A stretch of DNA of 64,000 bases. Origin: a candidate division WOR-3 bacterium (GTDB taxonomy: Bacteria > Hydrothermota > Tepidihabitantia > Tepidihabitantales > DTDR01). Each line of letters starts with the position of its first letter. The first letter of the stretch is position 1. Under the pieces are notes generated by a model. It was not told where the DNA came from, did no database searches, and saw only the letters and a program-made list of their open reading frames with translations. The DNA is taken from contig JBDRVE010000005.1 in NCBI GenBank assembly GCA_039801725.1, positions 3,370-67,369 of the forward strand, in the 5' to 3' direction. The position numbers were made by a program, and so were the translations under genes. Positions 10,908-18,741 of this stretch are shown here, piece after piece.

Positions 10908-13103
10908 ATGTTTTTGTTTTTTTATCTTTTTAACTATTTAGCCAATATTGAAAGAAGTAAGGCAATTTTTTATAATCCCAGTGGTTTAGGAATAAATTCG
11001 GGTTACGAAATCTATTTTTCAAAAAAGTTAGATAAGGATACTATTTTAGATATAGGGTTTTCTTTAAATAATTTTGGTTTTGGTTTTGAAAAGAAGGGTG
11101 ATTTAAATAATTATTATTTTGGGTTTGGTCTATCTATAGGTAAAAATATATTTTGGGGCTATCGGTATCAATATATCGAAAAATTAAAGGAATCGAATCA
11201 TTTAGCAGGGTTTATTTTCCGTCCAACAAATTTTTTATCTTTTTCTTTTAGTTATAATTCAGAAAAAGATTTTAATTTTGGCATCGGTTTAAGACCGATT
11301 AATGAAAGGATAAATTTTTATTTTGACTATTATAAAAATCCCTATTATCTCTTGGGAACCGAGATAGAAATACTTGATGGGTTTTTGATAAAAGGAGAAC
11401 TGGATAAAGATAAAAATATCAACTTGGGAATAAGTTTCTCTTTTCCTAAATTTAAAATCTCTTCAAAATACGGTAGAAAATCAAAAGAGATCGAATTGTT
11501 TTTGTCAAAAGAAAGATATCTGACGATTTTTAAAAGACCTAAAAAATTTATAGAGATAACTTTTTCTGGTAATTATGATGAGGATTATTATGAGCAATCT
11601 TTATTTTTTAAAAAACGAATACCAAGATTTTATCTTTTAATAAAAAACTTAGAAGAGATTTTGAAGAAAGAAGATGTTTATGGAATTTTTATTCGTCTGA
11701 AAGATTATTATTTATCTCCTGCTCAATATGAAGAATTAAGGGAAATCCTTTTAGAAATTAAAAATAAGGGTAAGAAGGTTATTTTTTATGCCGATTATTA
11801 TAAAAGTTTGTTAGAGTACCAAATTGTTTCCCTTGGTGATTGTTTGATTTTAAATAAAGGCGGTGAAGTGGTTATTCCTGGTATTCTATTAAAGAAATAT
11901 TATATAAAGAAATTGTTAGAAAAAATAGGTGGAGAGATGGAAGTTTTAGCGATTGGTAAATATAAATCAGCAAAAGAATTATTCACAAGAGAAAACATGT
12001 CAGAAGAAGATAAAGAACAACTTAATGAAATTCTTGATATGATTTATTCAAAAGTAAAAGAAAATATTAAGGAAACAAGAATAAGAGAAAGAGATTTGGA
12101 TAGTTTGATAAATTATTATGGTTATTTTAATGAGAAGTTGGCAAAGGAGTTTGGATTAATCGATACGGTTTTATATCCGAAAGATGTTGATGAATTTTTA
12201 AAGAAATATACCAAAGTTAAAAAGATAAAAATAGAAAAATATTTGGGTGAGAAAGAAATAGGAAGAAGTTGGTTAAAGAGAAAAAAGAAAATTGCTTTGG
12301 TAATTGCGGAAGGAACGATTGTTGATGGAAAAAGTGGTTATGACCCAAGACCATTAATTGGTGGAAAATATATTGGCTCAGAAACAATGGAGGAGATATT
12401 TAAGAAATTAGAAAAGGATAAGTCAATTAAAGCGGTTATTTTCCGAATAAATTCTGGTGGTGGTTCAGCAAGTGCTTCAGAAATAATTGCTAATGCCGTT
12501 AAAAAATGTAATGAGAAAAAGCCGGTAATTGTTTCAATGGGAAATGTTGCTGCTTCCGGTGGCTATTATATCGCTTGTTTGGCAAGAAGAATCCTTGCTG
12601 ATAATTCAACTATTACTGGTTCAATTGGTATTTTCAGCATTAAATTTGTTGCTAAAAAATTATATGAAGATAAATTAGGGATTACTTTTGATTATTTAAA
12701 GAGAGGAGAAATGGCTGATGCCCAAACAGAATTGCGTGGTTATACTGAAAGGGAAAGAGAAATTTTTATGAAACAATTGGAATGGTGGTATGATAAATTT
12801 ATCACGCGCGTAAGTGAAGGAAGAAAATTAAATAAAGAATATATTGATTCTATCGGTCAAGGTAGGGTTTGGAGTGGATATAAAGCAAAAGAATTGGGAT
12901 TGGTTGATGAGATTGGTCCGTTGAGAAAAGCAATTGAGATAGCCAAAGAAGAAGCCAAAATTAAAAAAGGAGAAGAGATAGAAATATTTTTATATCCGAA
13001 GGAAGAGAGAAGATTTCTCTTTTCTTTTCCAAAGGTTAATATTTTTGCTTTATTAAAGGAAAGAATTCTTTATTTGCTGCCGGAAAATATTGTAATTGAA
13101 TAG
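10908..13103 (+). CDS. sppA: signal peptide peptidase SppA (protease IV, 67K-type, tandem S49 domains) with an N-terminal extension of about 200 aa
   Basis: S49 motifs SGGGSASASE, MGNVAASGGYYIA and GSIGIF; the first approximately 200 aa are F/G/Y/N-rich and not SppA-like. Confidence 0.75.
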   Translation: MFLFFYLFNYLANIERSKAIFYNPSGLGINSGYEIYFSKKLDKDTILDIGFSLNNFGFGFEKKGDLNNYYFGFGLSIGKNIFWGYRYQYIEKLKESNHLAGFIFRPTNFLSFSFSYNSEKDFNFGIGLRPINERINFYFDYYKNPYYLLGTEIEILDGFLIKGELDKDKNINLGISFSFPKFKISSKYGRKSKEIELFLSKERYLTIFKRPKKFIEITFSGNYDEDYYEQSLFFKKRIPRFYLLIKNLEEILKKEDVYGIFIRLKDYYLSPAQYEELREILLEIKNKGKKVIFYADYYKSLLEYQIVSLGDCLILNKGGEVVIPGILLKKYYIKKLLEKIGGEMEVLAIGKYKSAKELFTRENMSEEDKEQLNEILDMIYSKVKENIKETRIRERDLDSLINYYGYFNEKLAKEFGLIDTVLYPKDVDEFLKKYTKVKKIKIEKYLGEKEIGRSWLKRKKKIALVIAEGTIVDGKSGYDPRPLIGGKYIGSETMEEIFKKLEKDKSIKAVIFRINSGGGSASASEIIANAVKKCNEKKPVIVSMGNVAASGGYYIACLARRILADNSTITGSIGIFSIKFVAKKLYEDKLGITFDYLKRGEMADAQTELRGYTEREREIFMKQLEWWYDKFITRVSEGRKLNKEYIDSIGQGRVWSGYKAKELGLVDEIGPLRKAIEIAKEEAKIKKGEEIEIFLYPKEERRFLFSFPKVNIFALLKERILYLLPENIVIE

Positions 13104-15255
13104 CCGATTTCTTTTTCTTTTGTCTTTCATATTTTTAAGAGCTCTCTATTCCCAAGAAGATACAAGTGAGGTAGTTTTTTATGGTGGCAAAAGAATCTTT
13201 TACTATCCTGATAAAGAATTGGTTATTTTGCTTGATTCTTCTTTTGTGAGATATTCAATATACGAAGTGAAAGCCTGTTCTATCAGTTATGATTTGAATA
13301 ATCAGATATTACATGCCTATAAAAAAAATTATGAGGTGATTTTTTCTGCTGAAAAAGATACAATTATTGGTGAAGAATTACATTTTAATATTAATAATAA
13401 AAAGGGAATGATGAAAAAGGCAAGAACAAAGATTGGCGATGGTTTTTTTTATGCCGATGAGATTTGGTTGATAAAGGAAAAGGTATTACATGCGATTAAT
13501 TGTAGTTATACAACCTGTGAATATAACCCATCCCATTATCATTTTTTTGCCAAGAAAGTTAAAATTTTAGTTGAGGATATGGTGATTGTTGAGCCGATTA
13601 GTTTACACTTCTTTTCTTTAAAGCCACCTTTTGTTGCTGCTCCTTTTTGGTTTTTTCCCATTGGTGAGAAAAGGAAATCGGGTCTTTTACCTTTTCGGGC
13701 AGGAAGGTCAAAAGAAGAGGGTTTCTATTTTAAAAGAGTTGCTTATTATTTAGTTATTAATGAACACGCTGATTTAACTTTTTATTTAGACTTGATGCAG
13801 AAAAAGGGAATAATGCCAAAAATTGAAGGAATTTATGATTATTCTCCTCTTGCCAAAGGTCAATTTATCGGTTCTTTTATTAGCGAATCAAGAACTAAAA
13901 GGAGACGATATTCTCTTAATCTTCAGCACACATCAAAATTTCTTTTTAAAAGTGAGTTATCATCAAAAATTGATTATCAAAGTGATGCCAAATTTATCCA
14001 GGAGTATGCCGAAGATAAAATAGAATGGTTAAGAAGTGAAATATATTCGGTAGCAAATATCAAGAGAACTTATAGAAATTTTGGTCAAGCAAATCTTTAT
14101 TTAGAAAATAAAAAAGATTTTATAAATAATATAAATCAATTTCTTTTGCCCAGTTTTTCTTTCTCTTTAGTCTCCCGACCACTAATAAGAAACTTCACCA
14201 ATTTTTCTCCTTCTTTTAGATTGGAAAATTATTATGCTATTTTTAAAGATACCATAAAAAATTATGAAGAGAGACTTCAGGGAAATTTGGGGATATTTTT
14301 AACTCCCAATTTCTTAAGAAATCTTCGTTTTGGTAATTTCTCTTATAAAAAGGGGAAAAAAGTTATTAAAGGTGAAGTAAAAGAGGAATATTCTAAGTTA
14401 TCCACCGACGCCAATTTTGGACTTTCCCAATTATTCTTGAATACTTTATATATTTCTGAAAATTTTGGTTATTCTCAAGAATGGAATTTCTATAAGGATT
14501 CAATGAAAACTATTGTCCGCTATCCAATTTCTCTAAATTCTGGAATTACTCTTTATCGGATATATTTTTTAAATTTGTTCTCTTTAAAAGGGTTTTTACA
14601 TACTTTAAGTCCAAATATTAATTTAAATTATGAACCAGCAACAAAAAGAAATCTGCCCAATTTTAAAGAAAAGCCCAAATCATTATTTTTAGAGTTTAAT
14701 ATTCTTAACAATTTCAATATCAAATATCTAAGAAAAAATGAAGAAAAAAAAAGAAATTTTCTTATCCTCACTATTAAGTGTAATTATTCTTTTTTAGAAA
14801 GAGAATTTTCACCAATTAATATGAATGGAGAAATAAAGGTTTTTGAAGAGGAGAATATCAAATTTAATTCTAGTTTTTATTTAAGCTATAATTTCAAAGA
14901 AAAAATTTTTGAGCCAAGTTTGACAAATAATTTGGAATGGAAAGATGAGATTTTTAAGGTTTGTACCTTAAATATAAAATTGAGTCATATTATTTCCAAA
15001 ACTTCTCATATGATTCAAAATTCTGGGTATCTAAATTTTTCTAAAATTAAATTTAACTTCTCTTTTGGTTATAATGGAAAAGAGAAAAAAATTACGGATT
15101 ATTCAATCTCTATTTGGAGAGATCTTCATTGCTGGGAAGGAATTTTTAACTTTTCTAAATTCGGTACCCTTTGGCGTTACGATTTTAAACTGCGGATTAA
15201 GAAAATACCGGAAGTTTCTATTGGCAAAGATATTTTTGGGTTCCTTTTAAAATGA
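13096..15255 (+). CDS. lptD: LptD/OstA-like outer-membrane LPS-assembly protein (putative)
   Basis: N-terminal signal, OstA-like N-domain and a central KRKSGLLPF motif resembling the LptD RxSGFLxP motif; large F/Y/N-rich beta-barrel-like C-terminus ending in ...FLLK; overlaps the sppA stop by 8 nt. Confidence 0.5.
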   Translation: MNSRFLFLLSFIFLRALYSQEDTSEVVFYGGKRIFYYPDKELVILLDSSFVRYSIYEVKACSISYDLNNQILHAYKKNYEVIFSAEKDTIIGEELHFNINNKKGMMKKARTKIGDGFFYADEIWLIKEKVLHAINCSYTTCEYNPSHYHFFAKKVKILVEDMVIVEPISLHFFSLKPPFVAAPFWFFPIGEKRKSGLLPFRAGRSKEEGFYFKRVAYYLVINEHADLTFYLDLMQKKGIMPKIEGIYDYSPLAKGQFIGSFISESRTKRRRYSLNLQHTSKFLFKSELSSKIDYQSDAKFIQEYAEDKIEWLRSEIYSVANIKRTYRNFGQANLYLENKKDFINNINQFLLPSFSFSLVSRPLIRNFTNFSPSFRLENYYAIFKDTIKNYEERLQGNLGIFLTPNFLRNLRFGNFSYKKGKKVIKGEVKEEYSKLSTDANFGLSQLFLNTLYISENFGYSQEWNFYKDSMKTIVRYPISLNSGITLYRIYFLNLFSLKGFLHTLSPNINLNYEPATKRNLPNFKEKPKSLFLEFNILNNFNIKYLRKNEEKKRNFLILTIKCNYSFLEREFSPINMNGEIKVFEEENIKFNSSFYLSYNFKEKIFEPSLTNNLEWKDEIFKVCTLNIKLSHIISKTSHMIQNSGYLNFSKIKFNFSFGYNGKEKKITDYSISIWRDLHCWEGIFNFSKFGTLWRYDFKLRIKKIPEVSIGKDIFGFLLK

Positions 15256-15643
15256 CGTTTTTATCTAATTGGTAACTTGCTAATGGTTATTTAATTGATT
15301 AAGGTATCATTACCAAATATAAGATAGTAGCTCAAAGTAATTATTAGAAAATCATTAAAAATTTTATTCCATTAGTTTACATCCAATAGACTGGTACCTG
15401 ATTATTACTCAAAATAAGTTAATAAGAATAGGAAGAACTTTCAGATAGAATACATAAATAAAAAATGAAAATAGAGAATTTTTTTAGTTCTTAATGGTTA
15501 TCATAGTTTATAATCTTTTTCGAGATTAAAGTCTATACTATCTCCTATACAGTTCCCTTCCCAATAGAAGGTAAAATCCCCTTGTCTTATTAATTTAGGT
15601 TTTAGAAAAATATGGGAAAGGGCTAATTTATTTAGTCAATTAA

Positions 15644-15847
15644 TTAAAGGAAATATACTTCGCTAAGCACCTCCTTTCTAAGTCTTTTTCTTAATAATCT
15701 TCTATTAAACAAATATTCTAACCCTCTCAGTCTTTCTAAAAGGTAATATCTATAGGTTAAGTTAGAATAATTGCCAAAAAAAGATGGAAAGTATTTCCTA
15801 ACCTTTTTTCTAAGTTGTTTATAAGATTGATAGATATCTTTTACCAT
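15644..15847 (-). CDS. small basic protein of unknown function (67 aa, YRYY motif); copy A of a two-member family in this window
   Basis: RBS AAAAGGAAA 5 nt upstream; identical in length to copy B, with the YRYY motif at the same position encoded by different synonymous codons; a conserved promoter-like TTATATATA lies upstream. Confidence 0.6.
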   Translation of the reverse strand: MVKDIYQSYKQLRKKVRKYFPSFFGNYSNLTYRYYLLERLRGLEYLFNRRLLRKRLRKEVLSEVYFL

Positions 15848-15958
15848 AATTATTTCCTTTTATATATTCTCTATATATAAGACGAAAAAATAGCCCAAAA
15901 GGTTACCACTTTTTTTATTATGCCGGCAGACTATATTTTATACTGAAATTCTTTCTAT

Positions 15959-15986
15959 TTGACTTTTAGAAAAAATGAATTATAAT
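15959..15986 (+). promoter_or_regulatory. promoter TTGACT-N16-TATAAT for the downstream secreted-protein gene
   Basis: Consensus boxes; the track's 15975 ATG falls inside the spacer, so the real start is 16020, which has an AAAGGAGG RBS. Confidence 0.6.
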
Positions 15987-16019
15987 CTATTGGTTTTAAT
16001 TAATAAAAGGAGGAAAAAT

Positions 16020-17738
16020 ATGATAAATATATTGTTGGTAATTTTAATTAGTTTATCTTCTAATAATTTATCATTTACACCTTCCTTTGGGGGCGGTGGT
16101 CCGGATGCTTATGGTTATCGCTGGTTAGATAGTGATACAACTTGTCCTGGTGCTCCCACTTTTAATTGGATTTCAATAAATGGTATTGGAACAAGGATAA
16201 CTGGTTTGGCAGACGATAATGTAGTGGGTCCTTTTCCTATTGGTTTTGATTTTCCCTATTATTGGTATCGGGTGAATCGTTTTTATTTGGGTTCCAATGG
16301 TTATATTGCCTTTGATGATAATTTCCTTTCTGCCCATCCTTTCCAAAATGTTCCTAATCCAAATAGACCAAATAATATTGTTGCTCCTTTGATGTGCGAT
16401 TTAGACCCAGGAAGAGGTGGTTCAGTATGGTATTGGACAAATAATCGAGATACCTGTATAATTGAATTTGATTCAGTTCCTTTCTGGAATACAGGGGGTA
16501 TGAATTCTTTCCAGATTATTCTTTCTAAAAATGATAGTATTATAAGATTCCAGTATTTAATCCAAGTTGGTCAACCTTACGGTGGTTGGCAATCAACCGG
16601 TTCTAGTACAATTGGAATTGAGAATGTTGTGGGGCAGGTAGGTCTCTCTTATATGCATGCTGGTTTGCCCGACTATAATCTACCCCATGCTAATTTAGCA
16701 ATTATCTTTTTCCCACCAGAGTCAACAAATTATATTGTCAATGATATGGCTTGCTGGTATGTAATGAATGAGCAATCAGAAGGAATATTTATCTATCAAG
16801 GTGATACTGTTCTTTTAAAGGGAGCGGTTAAAAACACTGGTAATCGTCCAGCAAACAACTTTAAAGTATATTGTTGGGTGAGAAGTATGCCAGCCGGAAC
16901 AATTGTTTTAGCCGATACCTTGACAATTGAAACAATGAATCCTGGTGAAATTAGAGAGGTTGCTTTTAATCGGCGCTGGGTTCCTACATCTACTGGTCAA
17001 TTTGCTATTGATATTAAAACTGGTTTAACTGGCGATATGGTTCCCAATAATGACCAAATTAGATTAGAGGCAAGGGTCGTTTCTTATCCTGGTGAATTAA
17101 GATATGAAGATTTAGCATCTCCTCACGGAATGTGGGCTTGGAACGGACCAGGTGGCTACGGTGCCCATTTTGTTCCGCCGAGATATCCGTGTCGGATTAC
17201 CCAAGCAAGAATTTATGCTTCGGCCACTTCTGCCACACCAATCAGTGTATTGATTTTAAAAGATAATGGACCCAATAATTCACCTGGTGAAACATTATAT
17301 ATTACTCAAACAACAATTTCTACTCAACAATGGTATAATATAAATATTTCGCCAGCAGTAGTAATAAATGAAGGTGGTTTCTTTATTGGTGGAATTTCTA
17401 ATGTTGCCAATCAACCATCCTTTGGTATGGATACTGCAAATACTCCTTCCCGTCGAACCTGGGAGTACACAACTGGTTGGGCAAAATATCGGACAGCGGA
17501 TAAGCACGATGTGATGATTAGAGCAGTGGTGGAAATGGTACCAGGTGTGGAAGAAGAAATTACTATTATGCCGGTTAGAAAATCAGAAAGGAGCATAATG
17601 AAATTAAGCGAATTAAAAGAATTAAAGGGTTTCGAAATTTTTAATGCTCATGGTCAGAAGGTTTTAAAAGCGGAAAAAGTAGGAATTTACTTTGTCAAAG
17701 AAAGGACGGATTATAAAAAGATAGTTATTCTCCATTAA
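16020..17738 (+). CDS. secreted hypothetical protein with a C-terminal sorting-type domain (T9SS / FlgD-Ig-like CTD)
   Basis: Signal peptide MINILLVILISLSS; C-terminal roughly 70 aa (...KGFEIFNAHGQKVLKAEKVGIYFVKERTDYKKIVIL) resembles beta-sandwich sorting domains. Start revised from the track's 15975. Confidence 0.55.
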   Translation: MINILLVILISLSSNNLSFTPSFGGGGPDAYGYRWLDSDTTCPGAPTFNWISINGIGTRITGLADDNVVGPFPIGFDFPYYWYRVNRFYLGSNGYIAFDDNFLSAHPFQNVPNPNRPNNIVAPLMCDLDPGRGGSVWYWTNNRDTCIIEFDSVPFWNTGGMNSFQIILSKNDSIIRFQYLIQVGQPYGGWQSTGSSTIGIENVVGQVGLSYMHAGLPDYNLPHANLAIIFFPPESTNYIVNDMACWYVMNEQSEGIFIYQGDTVLLKGAVKNTGNRPANNFKVYCWVRSMPAGTIVLADTLTIETMNPGEIREVAFNRRWVPTSTGQFAIDIKTGLTGDMVPNNDQIRLEARVVSYPGELRYEDLASPHGMWAWNGPGGYGAHFVPPRYPCRITQARIYASATSATPISVLILKDNGPNNSPGETLYITQTTISTQQWYNINISPAVVINEGGFFIGGISNVANQPSFGMDTANTPSRRTWEYTTGWAKYRTADKHDVMIRAVVEMVPGVEEEITIMPVRKSERSIMKLSELKELKGFEIFNAHGQKVLKAEKVGIYFVKERTDYKKIVILH

Positions 17739-17748
17739 TAAAAAGGAA

Positions 17749-17790
17749 AAGGGGAGGTGGCAGATTCTTGTCATCTCCCCTTTATATTTT
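17749..17790 (+). terminator. rho-independent terminator (AAGGGGAG ... CTCCCCTT plus T-rich tail)
   Basis: 8-bp stem, 18-nt loop, followed by TATATTTT; abuts the holA ATG. Confidence 0.6.
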
Positions 17791-18741
17791 ATGAATTATT
17801 TAAGATTAGAACTGGTTTTGAAAGAAATTAAAATTGGTAAAGTCCTACCTTTTTATTTACTTTATGGTGAAGAAGATGCAAGGATTGAAGATATTCTTCG
17901 GGCATTAAAGAAATATTATTTTAATGATGAAGAATATATTGGTAGTTTATATAAAAAATACGATTTAAAAGAATTTTCTTTAAAAGATATTCTTTTAAAT
18001 TTTAATTCGCCATCTTTTTTTGAAGAGATAAAATTAGGGTTTATTAAAAATTTTGATTTGGCATTTAAGAAAAGAAAGAAAAATAAAGAAGAAACCCTTA
18101 CAAACTTTTTTAATAATTTAAGGAATAATAAAAATAAAACAATGGTAATCTATTTAGCAAAATCACCACAAAAAGAGAGGGAATACGAAAGTTTTTTTCA
18201 AACAAATAAATTAGAAAAACATGTGATTTATCTTTATCCTTTATCAAAAACTAATTTAAAAACTTATTTTATGGAAAAAGCAAAAGAGGAAGGCTATATT
18301 TTCACCAATGGTGCCTTAGAACTTTTGATTTTTCTTTGTGGCGAAGATTATTCTTTAATCTATTCCGAGTTTAACAAGATAAAACTTTATTCAAAAGAGA
18401 AGGTAATTAGTGAGGAGTTAATAGAAAAATTTGTTGGTTACAGTTTTGAGGGAAAATTGAAAAGCATTTTGGAGGCAATAAATTATAAGGATAAAGAAAA
18501 GTTTTTTAAAAGTCTTTACGGGTATTTGGGAAGTGCCAAAAGAGAGGAGATATCTTATCTTATTGGTTCTTTAGCTAATCATTTGTTAAATATTTATTTA
18601 AAAAAGACAGGTTTTTATTCTTCTTTTAAAGAAAAGGAATTAAAAGAAAAATTGGAAAATCTTTATAAAATAGATTTAATGATAAAAAGAGGAGAAAGTG
18701 AGCCGGAAGTTTTACTTTTAAACTGGGGAGAGAAATTATGA
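17791..18741 (+). CDS. holA: DNA polymerase III delta subunit (HolA-like)
   Basis: Size and N-terminal LYGEEDARIED-type delta motif; located immediately upstream of leuS (lptE-holA-leuS neighbourhood is common). Confidence 0.5.
   Translation: MNYLRLELVLKEIKIGKVLPFYLLYGEEDARIEDILRALKKYYFNDEEYIGSLYKKYDLKEFSLKDILLNFNSPSFFEEIKLGFIKNFDLAFKKRKKNKEETLTNFFNNLRNNKNKTMVIYLAKSPQKEREYESFFQTNKLEKHVIYLYPLSKTNLKTYFMEKAKEEGYIFTNGALELLIFLCGEDYSLIYSEFNKIKLYSKEKVISEELIEKFVGYSFEGKLKSILEAINYKDKEKFFKSLYGYLGSAKREEISYLIGSLANHLLNIYLKKTGFYSSFKEKELKEKLENLYKIDLMIKRGESEPEVLLLNWGEKL

Larger units (their letters stand above)
15531..15990. repeat. copy A of a roughly 450 bp repeated module: small basic ORF on the minus strand, conserved flanks, and a conserved promoter for the downstream plus-strand secreted-protein gene
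   Basis: Alignable to 46984-47430: shared blocks CTATACTATCTCYTATACAGTWCCCTT, TTATTAATKTAGGTTTTAGAAA, GGCTAATTTATTTAGT, AAGCACCTCC, CCAAAAGGTTACCACTTTTTTT and TTCTTTCTWTTGACWTTTAGAA. Confidence 0.8.

Noticed and set aside
15975-16019. Track start codon for the secreted protein (MNYNLLVLINKRRKN...)
   Set aside because: The ATG at 15975 lies inside the spacer of a TTGACT-N16-TATAAT promoter (15959-15986). The in-frame ATG at 16020 has an AAAGGAGG RBS and begins a proper signal peptide
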